64,000 nucleotides of DNA, from the IMG/VR virus record IMGVR_UViG_3300046794_000505, positions 21,777 to 85,776 of that record; one strand, given 5' to 3'. The DNA is from a virus. Numbering within the stretch: position 1 is the stretch's first letter; each line of letters begins with the position of its first letter. Under the pieces are notes generated by a model. The model made no database searches and was not told the DNA's origin. It worked only from the letters and a program-made list of their open reading frames with translations. Positions 35,410-44,260 of this stretch are shown one piece after another. A program made the translations under genes and the position numbers.

Positions 35410-35954
35410 TATGAAACCCCCAGGGCTGCTTTCGCCGAGCCCCATAAAACCAGCCGATCTGCGAGACCATTGAGACCTCCATTGATACGACGGGTGATCG
35501 TTTCGAACGCCCCAGCATCGGCCAAGTCGTTCAGATTATGCGCATTCCAGAACCAAGCCGCCGAAAGCGCCGCGTTATCCGGGTCCTCTAACAGCTCCGG
35601 ATGATCGACCAGAGACAGGTTCAGCGCCACTGCCGCTGTCGTGTAGTTGGCACGCCCGGTGACCTGGATCAGACCGCGACCGCGATACTTGAAGCCGTCA
35701 CCGACCGCGATATTGCCGAGGTCGGCACGGCCCTCATAACCTTTCTGCTGCGCGGTCGGCCCCCACAACTCATGAACGTAGACCAGACGGCCAGACTCAT
35801 GACCGACCTGCGCAAGGAACGCTGCTTGGCGTACTGGGGTGTCGATGCTGTATAGCGCCATGGCGGCGCTAAGCGGATCGGCCCAAGTGGTGGCGCGAGC
35901 GGGTGGAATACCGAGTGCAACAGCGAGATCTTCGGGGCTCATTTTCTTACTCAC
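35409..35954 (-). CDS. endolysin, glycoside hydrolase family 19
   Basis: AAFLAQVGHESG, DGFKYRGRGLIQVTGRANY, SAAWFW, TRRINGGLNGLADR. Confidence 0.92.
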   Translation of the reverse strand: MSKKMSPEDLAVALGIPPARATTWADPLSAAMALYSIDTPVRQAAFLAQVGHESGRLVYVHELWGPTAQQKGYEGRADLGNIAVGDGFKYRGRGLIQVTGRANYTTAAVALNLSLVDHPELLEDPDNAALSAAWFWNAHNLNDLADAGAFETITRRINGGLNGLADRLVLWGSAKAALGVS

Positions 35955-36011
35955 TTAAAAATTATGATCGTTTTGCTGGCAGTTTTAAAATTAGGCGCCG
36001 GCCCCAACAAA

Positions 36012-36383
36012 TCAGCTGCCACCACCCTTTCTGTTCTGCCATTCGTTGAAAAGCCAAATAGTGAAAGCCATGATGGCCGCCAGCGTTGGTGCTTTTTCAA
36101 TCAGCCAACCCAGCGCACTGCGCACGGCTTTTTGGTTGTTATGCGAGGCCATCAGGACATCGAGCATCGACTTCTGTTGACCGAGATGATTCTGCAATTC
36201 GACAATTGATTCCAGAGCGTCAGAAACCTTGGTATCGATTGTCACCATGGACTGGAAGTTATCCGTCAGACGCCTATGGAGATGAACAATTTCCTTGATC
36301 AAATTTGCATTGTTGGCCAGCTCCCGACGCAGCGATTCCATGTCGGTTTTTGCATGCCCTGCCTGATCCTGATCTTCTGGCAC
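36012..36383 (-). CDS. coiled-coil protein with C-terminal TM (lysis-associated)
   Basis: GAGGA SD before GTG 36383; directly upstream of endolysin. Confidence 0.55.
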   Translation of the reverse strand: MPEDQDQAGHAKTDMESLRRELANNANLIKEIVHLHRRLTDNFQSMVTIDTKVSDALESIVELQNHLGQQKSMLDVLMASHNNQKAVRSALGWLIEKAPTLAAIMAFTIWLFNEWQNRKGGGS

Positions 36384-36411
36384 TGTCGTGTCCTCACTAC
36401 GATGTACAACC

Positions 36412-36427
36412 ATGCTAATGGCACGAC
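36412..36427 (-). promoter_or_regulatory. putative late promoter element GTCGTGCC-AT-TAGCAT
   Basis: Motif copy heading the lysis cassette. Confidence 0.6.
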
Positions 36428-36453
36428 TTTAATCGCATGGTGATGGCTCGGAA

Positions 36454-36651
36454 CTAAGTGGCTGGCATCGCCGACTTATCAGAACTGGAGAATTTTTCAG
36501 TCGCGGGATCATAGGTGAATCCTGGAGAAACATTATCCCCGTCCTTGACTGGAATAAGCGAAATACCATCAGGCTGCGGCCAACCACTCTCACCATCCCA
36601 AATGGCAACGTTCTTAACTACTCCCTTATAAACCATTGCATAAATTCCCAT
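36454..36651 (-). CDS. small tail-fibre-associated protein
   Basis: 'YAMV..GVV.NV..WDG...W.P.G...G.TY' typical gene after a fibre. Confidence 0.65.
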   Translation of the reverse strand: MGIYAMVYKGVVKNVAIWDGESGWPQPDGISLIPVKDGDNVSPGFTYDPATEKFSSSDKSAMPAT

Positions 36652-38177
36652 TATGCATACTCCTCAATAATTACTGCGCCAGCATTACCAGTAACACCTA
36701 CCTGAGCTGCTACACTTGAGCCAACCGCTACACCGCCTGGCCCTGCGCCTGGTCCTGTCCCTGTCAAGTATCCACCGCCTGATACGCTGCCACCTGCACC
36801 ACCACCGGTTCCAGTTATGGGTGATCCACCGCCAGTTCCAGAAACACCAGCGCCGGTCGTGATAAAAATGGCTGGAGTACTTGGTGCTCCCTTGATGTTG
36901 ATTGTGGAGCCGCCACTGGAATCTCCACCAACACTAGGCTGCAGAATATAAGCTGCGGCGGATGCTACCCCCGCAAGACCGCCTACGCCACCATTGGCAG
37001 TCATTCCTATAAAAGATGAATTTCCCCCTGTTCCTCCATTCCCCGCTGAGACGCCAGTGCCGCCCGCACCTACAGTCACTGTTGCGGGGAGCGTGCCGAT
37101 CGCTGCAACGGTCATAGTTCCTTCGCTATATCCGCCACCCCCACCGCCACCAGCGACAGAATTCTGGGTTGATGATGTAGCAGGGGTACCACCACTTGCA
37201 CCACTACCACCTATAACTCGGACACGTACCGTATTAGTGCTTGCCAATGGAGTAAAACTACCGCTGCTTGTGAAAACCGTGATTTTTAAAAATCTTCCAG
37301 TGGCCTGCCCTAATTGCATGGCATGGTTACTTTTTGTTGCGGCAGCGACCTGCTCTGCCGAACCGGTACAGAACAGCAGAATGTATGAACCTCCGCCGAC
37401 AGAAGTATTCCATTGCACCCACGCGTCACCGTTGGCAACAAGCTCTCCACCTTGAAGAGCAGAATGCGCACCGCCAACCAGAGCCACGACACCCAAGCCA
37501 TCGTTGAAGGTCGATGCGCCGGTATTGGATGTCTTGACCTTGAAGCGCAGCGGCTGCTGTTCACTGCGAGCGGTAATAGCTGGAGTGAAAGCGCAGACGT
37601 AAGTATTAGCCGTGCCGGTATCCACCGCAGCCGTATTATTGACCACGGCATCCGCCACGAAAGCTGTACTGGCCACCTGCGTCGTCTTTGTGCCCGCTGC
37701 GGCTGTTGGTGCAGTTGGAGTTCCGGTCAGTCCAGGACTTGCCAGTGGCGCTCGAGAAGTATCAATGGGATGAACATGATCTTCGCGGCTAAGGGCTGTT
37801 GCTGAACCAGCAGCGGCCGTACCATTCATCAATGGGGTGGCTGTAGATATCGCGCCAGCCGCTGCCGTACCTAACTGAACCGTCCAGTTTGCAGGGTTGA
37901 ATGCACCTGGAGAAATCGCAGTATTTGCCTGCCAAATATTCAGCTGATAAATGACCTGCTGACCACCTGTGTATGAGTTCCCGGTACTGAACGCCGGGAT
38001 GCCAGTCCCTTTAAGCAGGTTGAGTGCATCTACCTGAGATTTTAACCAGTTGGTCCGATTTGCCAGGCCTTTGGCTTGCAGGTTGGAAATACCATTGACG
38101 CCACCAATGACGGCATCGTCCAGTTCAATCTGGTAAATACCGGCATCATAACTGGTGGATTCTGGAAGGTTAGACAT
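36651..38177 (-). CDS. tail fibre protein
   Basis: 'IYQIE..D.V.GG.NG.SN.QA..LANRT.WLK' anchor; 'APLASP.LTGTPTAPT' fibre repeat; Gly-rich C-terminus. Confidence 0.88.
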   Translation of the reverse strand: MSNLPESTSYDAGIYQIELDDAVIGGVNGISNLQAKGLANRTNWLKSQVDALNLLKGTGIPAFSTGNSYTGGQQVIYQLNIWQANTAISPGAFNPANWTVQLGTAAAGAISTATPLMNGTAAAGSATALSREDHVHPIDTSRAPLASPGLTGTPTAPTAAAGTKTTQVASTAFVADAVVNNTAAVDTGTANTYVCAFTPAITARSEQQPLRFKVKTSNTGASTFNDGLGVVALVGGAHSALQGGELVANGDAWVQWNTSVGGGSYILLFCTGSAEQVAAATKSNHAMQLGQATGRFLKITVFTSSGSFTPLASTNTVRVRVIGGSGASGGTPATSSTQNSVAGGGGGGGYSEGTMTVAAIGTLPATVTVGAGGTGVSAGNGGTGGNSSFIGMTANGGVGGLAGVASAAAYILQPSVGGDSSGGSTINIKGAPSTPAIFITTGAGVSGTGGGSPITGTGGGAGGSVSGGGYLTGTGPGAGPGGVAVGSSVAAQVGVTGNAGAVIIEEYA

Positions 38178-38191
38178 TCACCAGCCCCTTT

Positions 38192-38656
38192 CTAAAAGTT
38201 GATCTGCCAAGTGCCGGCAAGAGAAAGATCAGAGTCTTTTACGATGGCCCCCGAGCGAGTTTTTCTGGCGAATAGAACACTACCGGTGGTGAACAGTCCG
38301 AACTCCATGATCGATAGACCATTGGCTTCGGTAGTCCCCAGGGAAAAAGCGTATTGAACTGAATTCGTAGTCGGATAGGTGACAGCGCCGAGGGCATTCG
38401 TATAGGCGCCGGTAAGCGATGTATTGCCAGCTGCTGGCGCGGTGCCGGAGGTGCCGAAGCCCATAATCGTCAGGGATCGGTTGGTAACATCCCCGCCGAT
38501 CAACCTGGCCAATTGTTGCTTTGAAAGATCGACTACCAGGTTTTTATCCTGATAGACCTCAATTAAAAGGCCCTTGTGATAAATATTGAGCGTGAAGATG
38601 CCCTGAGGCCGATAGGCAATATCGCCATTACCGATGGAATCAATGAGTTGAATCAT
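38192..38656 (-). CDS. baseplate / fibre-attachment protein
   Basis: 'NLVV...GFGT.GT......L...EANG..I.EFGLF...LFARK....I.K'. Confidence 0.65.
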   Translation of the reverse strand: MIQLIDSIGNGDIAYRPQGIFTLNIYHKGLLIEVYQDKNLVVDLSKQQLARLIGGDVTNRSLTIMGFGTSGTAPAAGNTSLTGAYTNALGAVTYPTTNSVQYAFSLGTTEANGLSIMEFGLFTTGSVLFARKTRSGAIVKDSDLSLAGTWQINF

Positions 38657-38683
38657 GGATCGATGCCCTCCTTTAGTGAAAGG

Positions 38684-38699
38684 AGGGTAATGTCACGAC
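38684..38699 (-). promoter_or_regulatory. putative late promoter element GTCGTGAC-AT-TACCCT
   Basis: Motif copy in a 46-nt gap, followed by AGGAGG SD. Confidence 0.65.
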
Positions 38700-38702
38700 C
38701 AT

Positions 38703-39818
38703 CTACAGCGTTTCAGTGACTACCGTACCGCTATTGTAATTCACCACGCGCCCGGAACCACCGTAGACATGAACGCCATTGTAGGTGTGGTTGCTTGTCG
38801 AATTTATGACGAGATCACCATCATTCGGGGCTACGGCTGCATCAGAGAGCGTCAGCGTCGAAGAGATACCCAAGGTATCAGTCTGGCCGCTCACCGCATC
38901 CACCAAGGCAAATGACCCCACAAAAGTCATGGGGTCAGTGAAGCTGTAGACGGCATTATCTGTCATCTGCCCTGAGCGCAGAAGGATCTGACGTAGATGG
39001 GTGCCGGCCGCACGAAATTGATCAATCAGCCCAATTACTCTGGCCTCAAATGGGGCGATATCCTCGGAGCCCTCAAGGTTGTACATGTATTCAACATCAA
39101 ACAGATTTCGGACGTACTTGCCGGTGGGATTGTAGTGGCGAATACCATCAAAATGTATAGATCCGTCATGCAGAGGGCTCATGCTTCCCGGCAGTACAAC
39201 GTCCACAACCTTCGCTGGTAAACCACCCGTAGCTTGGCTGATAGCTATCTCAATGGCCTTGTTGTTGTTCCTGGGGCGGACAACCTCGTAGATGATTCGT
39301 GGGCCATAAATATCATCAATCTCGCCATCTTTTCGTTTTACGTTGTAATAGTCGCCAATCTCATCCAGCCATTGATCTTGGGCGGTAGGCGCACTCATCT
39401 GCCGAAGCATTTGATAAATCTGATCGCGCGCGAGCTTTAGCTCGGAGGCGGCGGCTTCCAGATAGGCCCATGTCAGCGACGTATAGGCGTACAGGTGATC
39501 ACCATTTGAAATGGATTGATCACTACTCCCATCCATCAAAACTCGAGCGCTTAGGGTGGATGCATCACCTGTGATTTGAAACGGGACTGAATACCCCGGG
39601 AGCGCAGCGAAAAAGTTACCGAGCTGCGCGATATTGTAGTCATCAAGGTCTACAGTCTGACTCGATCCAGGGCCACCAGTAACCGTGGTAGTCAGCACCC
39701 CATCTTCAACAGCCCAAACCAAGGTACCTGCATAATTGATGCGCAGCGCAAGGAACTGAACGGGATCGCGAGAAAAAGCCCGATTCAAATAACCCAGAAG
39801 TTTTTGTGTGAGCTTCAT
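38703..39818 (-). CDS. baseplate wedge protein (gpI-like)
   Basis: 'TA.DQWLD.IG.YY.V.R..GE.D..Y..RI...RAAGT'; follows gpJ-like gene. Confidence 0.7.
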   Translation of the reverse strand: MKLTQKLLGYLNRAFSRDPVQFLALRINYAGTLVWAVEDGVLTTTVTGGPGSSQTVDLDDYNIAQLGNFFAALPGYSVPFQITGDASTLSARVLMDGSSDQSISNGDHLYAYTSLTWAYLEAAASELKLARDQIYQMLRQMSAPTAQDQWLDEIGDYYNVKRKDGEIDDIYGPRIIYEVVRPRNNNKAIEIAISQATGGLPAKVVDVVLPGSMSPLHDGSIHFDGIRHYNPTGKYVRNLFDVEYMYNLEGSEDIAPFEARVIGLIDQFRAAGTHLRQILLRSGQMTDNAVYSFTDPMTFVGSFALVDAVSGQTDTLGISSTLTLSDAAVAPNDGDLVINSTSNHTYNGVHVYGGSGRVVNYNSGTVVTETL

Positions 39819-39828
39819 AAATTCAGCC

Positions 39829-40956
39829 TCAGGCAGCCGTTAGGGTCACAGTGCCCGGCATGATCTTCTGAGATGCCAGTGATGTGAGATCTGCCGTCGG
39901 CGCCGACATGGCGAGATTGTAGACTCCAGGCGTCGACATGATGATTTCAATGATCTCGTTTTTGACAGAGGTATTGCCGGGCTTCAATTGCAACTGGTAG
40001 GCCCGCACGTTGGTAGTGGCAGCCGCCAGAACGTCAACACTCTGATAGCCCGGCAGGCAGGTGACTGTACCCGTAACGTTTTGTAGAACCTCAGTCGCCG
40101 CAAAACAGTCAACCTCAACCCCAGCTGCTTTCCAGCCAGGAACAGGGTTTCCAGCCACGTCATACGATCCATCAATAATCGTCTGAGCGTTGGCTACCAA
40201 CGTCGAGCTCGTGCCCCCTACGCCATTGTGAAGATAAACTTGGACATACCCTGGCGCATTGGCAATAGGGTCGACCTCGTAGGGTTCAATGATCCCGATG
40301 AATACCACGCGCTCGGTGATGATCCCGTTCACGTTCACGACAGTCGCCAAACTGGCGCCATAACGAATGGCAGCCAGTGTCCCGCGCTGAAGGGTGCTGA
40401 TGTAACCCTGGAATCTGAGCTTGCGCTCATCATCCGTTTCGATGTCGCGGCCGTTTTTAAATGCGGTCAGATTGGCCACGCCCGTGATGTTACTGATATT
40501 CCCGACCATTTGCAGGATGGTGTTGGCATCACAATTGGTATCAGCCCCCACCGCACTCGCGACACCGGCAACGGTTACCTGCGTCACCCCAATACCTACC
40601 GTGACGTCGAGAATCGTTTGATAGATTTTATTCGTTGTTGGGTTCTTGGCGAGCTGGCCGGCGGCAATCAAAATCGGCGCCGTCTGGGCACCCGTCGCAT
40701 AAAATGTCAGCGCACCGGTGGCTGCTGATGCTGGGAGCAGTGGGAATTCAAAGGTGTTGTAAGTCGCGACGGGAATTGCTTCCTTCAAGCCATGGAACAT
40801 TTCCTGATACAGCTGATCCTGTTCGGAAGCGACTGCCTCGACCAGGGTGCGCGCCACCGAACCGATATTGAAGTCAGTGATTTTTTTGGTGCTGGCCCGC
40901 ATGAGGTTGATCATGGAGGCGCAAATTGAAGTGAAGTCCTTGATTTGAAACGCCAT
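39829..40956 (-). CDS. baseplate J/gp47-family protein
   Basis: 'TDFN.GSVARTLVEA...G.D.ETD.E.K.RF...RGT..AI...KAAGV'. Confidence 0.85.
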   Translation of the reverse strand: MAFQIKDFTSICASMINLMRASTKKITDFNIGSVARTLVEAVASEQDQLYQEMFHGLKEAIPVATYNTFEFPLLPASAATGALTFYATGAQTAPILIAAGQLAKNPTTNKIYQTILDVTVGIGVTQVTVAGVASAVGADTNCDANTILQMVGNISNITGVANLTAFKNGRDIETDDERKLRFQGYISTLQRGTLAAIRYGASLATVVNVNGIITERVVFIGIIEPYEVDPIANAPGYVQVYLHNGVGGTSSTLVANAQTIIDGSYDVAGNPVPGWKAAGVEVDCFAATEVLQNVTGTVTCLPGYQSVDVLAAATTNVRAYQLQLKPGNTSVKNEIIEIIMSTPGVYNLAMSAPTADLTSLASQKIMPGTVTLTAA

Positions 40957-41579
40957 CAGATACCTACCTCGATTTTCAATGAGCGCCCAATGATGGGAAT
41001 GACATCCGCCACGACGCCGATCTGATCGCCAACAACAGTCGAAATTACGCTGGAAATTTCCCGCACACGCGGATCAGCTTTTAGCGTGGCCTCCACATAC
41101 TTGGATGCCAGGGTGCTCGCAGTCGGACCATTCGTAGTGCCGATCAAGGCTCGGTGCAGCGACCCATATTCCGGATGCCACAGGAGTTCCCCGCGCTCAA
41201 CATCCACTCGATGCTCCAAAGCCTGCTTGAGGTTGTCGCGCCCGTTGAACACCAGAAAATCGCCATTTTCATCGGACGTCAGTTCGCCGTTGGATAGCCC
41301 CATATCCAGCTGATAGACCTCATCCGGATCCGTAGAATCAGAGGCCTCAGATAATTTGCTTTGTGCCGGGACGGTGATCGTTTTCCCTGAGAGAAGCACC
41401 CGATCCGAAGAAAGCGAAGCATCATCCGTGATGTACGGGGGTAACAGGTTGTTGATGTTGGCCAGGTCAGGCCAGCGATCGGCGTTTCCAAGTTCGCGCG
41501 CGGCAACCTTCTGCAGGGTGTCGCCATACAGCGTATCGACCAGTCGATAGCCGATCAGGGGACGATCAAATTCACTCAT
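40956..41579 (-). CDS. baseplate protein, LysM-like + gp25-like
   Basis: GDTLQKVA.RELG....W..LA.IN; NLKQAL..R...RGEL..HPEYGS; DPRV. Confidence 0.75.
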   Translation of the reverse strand: MSEFDRPLIGYRLVDTLYGDTLQKVAARELGNADRWPDLANINNLLPPYITDDASLSSDRVLLSGKTITVPAQSKLSEASDSTDPDEVYQLDMGLSNGELTSDENGDFLVFNGRDNLKQALEHRVDVERGELLWHPEYGSLHRALIGTTNGPTASTLASKYVEATLKADPRVREISSVISTVVGDQIGVVADVIPIIGRSLKIEVGI

Positions 41580-42739
41580 GCTGTAGCCCCGACGACGGCA
41601 GTCCCGCTGTTAACCGAACGGATATTCGATTCCATATCCACACCCGGCACCGTCGACAAGATATCCATGCCGACCAGCTGCTTCATGGAATTGCGAGCTT
41701 CGGGCGTTTGAGTGATTGGCGTGCTGGCGCTGGGCGTCAATTTGTAGAAGGGGTTTTCAAAGCGCAATGGCGAAAGCGGGCGCCCACCGGAAATGGATGA
41801 GCAGTTGCTCGCGCCATACCAATCGGAGTAATCTGCATACTTCTTGCCGCCGCCGAAAGCATTCTTCAGTAGGCAGAAGGCATAGGTGAAAGCTCCCCCC
41901 ATCTCCATGATCCTGGACTTGACGAAAGTCCCCAGCGACTGGACAGAGGCCACTGATGCCATGATGTTTCGGCCGGCCTGGGCCAGGTCAGAAGCGACCG
42001 ATAGTAGTGGTCCAGCGATCTCGTCGAACGAACCCTTGAGTGAGCTGATCGTTTCGACGGTGACGCTCAGCACATTGGCTGTCAGGTTCATGAATGAGCG
42101 CACTGCCGCGCCGATGGTGCCATTGATGAAGTTGCCAACCGATGTGGCGAAGGTGCGGATTCGACCCAGGATTTCCCGCAGGGTTTTCAGTGCCTCGGGC
42201 ACCGCGACGCTTCCCGGGAGAATTGCCGGGGGCTTGAGCTTGGCCTTCAGTTCTATCAGGTCTTCCGACAGGACCAGCATGCTGATCTGGTACTGCATCA
42301 GCAGCGGACTCTGTTTGCTCCGGCGTAGGGTAAAGGCCATTGGGGCCACCACGTACACAAAGTCATCGAGTAGATCTGCAAAAATCAGCTGGATCAGTTC
42401 GGGATCTCGGCCAGCAGCAATCGCCAGGCGCCGTTTCTCATGCCAGTTCTTGAACACGGCATTGTTTAACGTTTTGAACGCCTCAACCCCGTCCTCTGCA
42501 AAGCTGCCACGCCAGCCGGTATGCCCGTTGATGTTTACTTGGCGGACACCCGGCCCCCAGTTATCCAACCACGCACCGCCGAGGGTCTGCTGCACCGACG
42601 CACGCGATGGCTCCGCCCGCGTCAGGTCGGCCGGACGGATGTTCAGCGGAACGCTGGTCAGATCATTGCCATTGCTCAGGTCCTGAAGCAGGAAGCTGAT
42701 CGGGCGAACGTCTGATTTCTGGGACGAGGGAGTGGTCAT
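41576..42739 (-). CDS. tail/baseplate structural protein (tube-initiator-like)
   Basis: 'P..L...EP.R..V.QTLGG.W.D.WG.G...I.G.TGW'; position in module. Confidence 0.6.
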   Translation of the reverse strand: MTTPSSQKSDVRPISFLLQDLSNGNDLTSVPLNIRPADLTRAEPSRASVQQTLGGAWLDNWGPGVRQVNINGHTGWRGSFAEDGVEAFKTLNNAVFKNWHEKRRLAIAAGRDPELIQLIFADLLDDFVYVVAPMAFTLRRSKQSPLLMQYQISMLVLSEDLIELKAKLKPPAILPGSVAVPEALKTLREILGRIRTFATSVGNFINGTIGAAVRSFMNLTANVLSVTVETISSLKGSFDEIAGPLLSVASDLAQAGRNIMASVASVQSLGTFVKSRIMEMGGAFTYAFCLLKNAFGGGKKYADYSDWYGASNCSSISGGRPLSPLRFENPFYKLTPSASTPITQTPEARNSMKQLVGMDILSTVPGVDMESNIRSVNSGTAVVGATA

Positions 42740-42745
42740 GCTGGG

Positions 42746-42761
42746 ATGGTGCTGTCACGAC
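42746..42761 (-). promoter_or_regulatory. putative late promoter GTCGTGAC-AG-CACCAT, leaderless
   Basis: Ends 6 nt before ATG 42739; no SD. Confidence 0.7.
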
Positions 42762-42789
42762 AGACGGCAGAATTATTTTGCATCTGTAG

Positions 42790-42818
42790 TTGCAAAGATA
42801 TGCAGCCAAGGCTAGTAT
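42790..42818 (+). promoter_or_regulatory. sigma70-type promoter of the island, overlapped by TGCAAAGATATGCA
   Basis: TTGCAA-N17-TAGTAT. Confidence 0.6.
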
Positions 42819-42860
42819 TTGAGTTGTAGGAAAGACAAACGAACAACGGAGCAAGACGAG

Positions 42861-43133
42861 ATGACCATCGACAAATGCCGAGAAGCACTTCAAGCCGCAT
42901 ATGAAGCTGGTGTTCCGTCAGCAGTTTGGCAAGCGTCGATGTGCGCAGAGGATAACGCGGGCGGCACTCTGATTGACCAAGGTCGCAAGCAAGACCGCTT
43001 CATTGAAGGCACAAGCATTTTCAGCGATGAGATGGTGACATTCTGGTATTACAGCATCCAAGGCATTATGAGCGAGTCAGATTGCGATTCTGTCGTTCGA
43101 GAGTTCTTCGCAAAATTTGGGATCATTGCCTAA
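42861..43133 (+). CDS. island hypothetical protein
   Basis: GGAG SD; follows promoter. Confidence 0.55.
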   Translation: MTIDKCREALQAAYEAGVPSAVWQASMCAEDNAGGTLIDQGRKQDRFIEGTSIFSDEMVTFWYYSIQGIMSESDCDSVVREFFAKFGIIA

Positions 43134-43324
43134 CCAACCCCGCCCACCTCAAACCCCTTAACTGGGGCTGAGTAGGTGCAAGAGGTAGGATATTTTTCCT
43201 ATGAACCGCCAGAGGATACGACCATGCGCTCGCCGACCAAAACCGGCACCTGACGAATGCTCAGCCCGCCATGTGCGGGCTTTGCCAGTACCACAGGAAG
43301 CAACTCGCCCAAGGAGTCACCGTC

Positions 43325-43546
43325 ATGAAATTCAGTACTTTGCGCCACATTCTGAACCCACACATCACCAAGATTCTGCTGCTGCATACCGCTGGCGGGA
43401 TCTACGCAGGAATGACCGGGCGTAGCTATGTACAGCGCCTAATTCGCCGGAAAGTGGTGGCGGCCTACAAAACTTGGGCCGCACCAAAGCAGCCAAGTCA
43501 GGCTGAATCCGACACTCTGATCGAACAAGTCATCCGTTCAATTTGA
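43325..43546 (+). CDS. hypothetical protein
   Basis: AAGGAG SD before MKFST. Confidence 0.5.
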   Translation: MKFSTLRHILNPHITKILLLHTAGGIYAGMTGRSYVQRLIRRKVVAAYKTWAAPKQPSQAESDTLIEQVIRSI

Positions 43547-43567
43547 ATTGAATGATAGGAGATCGTC

Positions 43568-43696
43568 ATGCGCGCCATTCTACGGAAAATTCAAAGCAAG
43601 CCTCGGCCTGATCTGCGCGATTGTGCGAAGGGCCGGATGCATGATGCCGTTGCTCAAAAAATCGTGATCACAATGCCGGGGGGATTTATCGCCTGA
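43568..43696 (+). CDS. small basic hypothetical protein (42 aa)
   Basis: AGGAG SD; MRAILRKIQSKPRPDLRDCAKGRM. Confidence 0.45.
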   Translation: MRAILRKIQSKPRPDLRDCAKGRMHDAVAQKIVITMPGGFIA

Positions 43697-43700
43697 CATC

Positions 43701-43778
43701 GGGCCTCCAGCCTATATGGTACAGGCATCCGCCTCATAAGCGGGAGATAGACCGGTTCGAATCCGGCGAGGCCCACCA
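43701..43778 (+). tRNA. tRNA with CAT anticodon (probably Ile2, otherwise Met)
   Basis: GGGCCTC/GAGGCCC acceptor, GCCT/AGGC D stem, CTCATAA loop, GGTTCGAATCC, encoded CCA. Confidence 0.85.
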
Positions 43779-43863
43779 AATAAAGCAAGACCATTAGGCA
43801 GCACCGGGGTGGGCGCGCTGTAACAGGCGCCCTGTTTCAATCCACAATACTGAGAACCATCAA

Positions 43864-44022
43864 ATGCTTGACGAGTTGATCCCACTGTCTGTGTTGGCGC
43901 TAATTATCATCATCATGATCCTTGGCACTGCGTGGTTGGTCTGGATGTTCAGCGCAGAGGGCCAAGACGCCAGGCGATTTAAACGAGAAAACAAGGGTCG
44001 CCGGAAAAGCGATCAATACTGA
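43864..44022 (+). CDS. small single-TM protein (52 aa)
   Basis: MLDELIPLSVLALIIIIMILGTAWLVWMF plus basic tail. Confidence 0.5.
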   Translation: MLDELIPLSVLALIIIIMILGTAWLVWMFSAEGQDARRFKRENKGRRKSDQY

Positions 44023-44080
44023 GTAATCTGATTTTCAAAAAATCAGGCTGGTCAGAACCAGAGAATCACCGAGCGCCGCC

Positions 44081-44260
44081 ATGAACACTACCAAGATAGT
44101 CCGCATATTAACCACCCCGATGTACCGTGACGGCCTGATCTTGCAAACCTCCATTGAGTTCGCAGCGTTCTACAAGCTGTTCTTACGCTTAGGTGATCAC
44201 GGTCTCTATTGTGAAATCCGTTACGAGATGACCCCAACCTATCGAGGTATAAAGCCATGA
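44081..44260 (+). CDS. hypothetical protein (59 aa)
   Basis: ATGA overlap with 44257. Confidence 0.4.
   Translation: MNTTKIVRILTTPMYRDGLILQTSIEFAAFYKLFLRLGDHGLYCEIRYEMTPTYRGIKP

Noticed and set aside
36651-36800. DGR variable region at the fibre C-terminus
   Set aside because: No second near-copy seen in the window, and the domain is Gly-rich rather than lectin-like.
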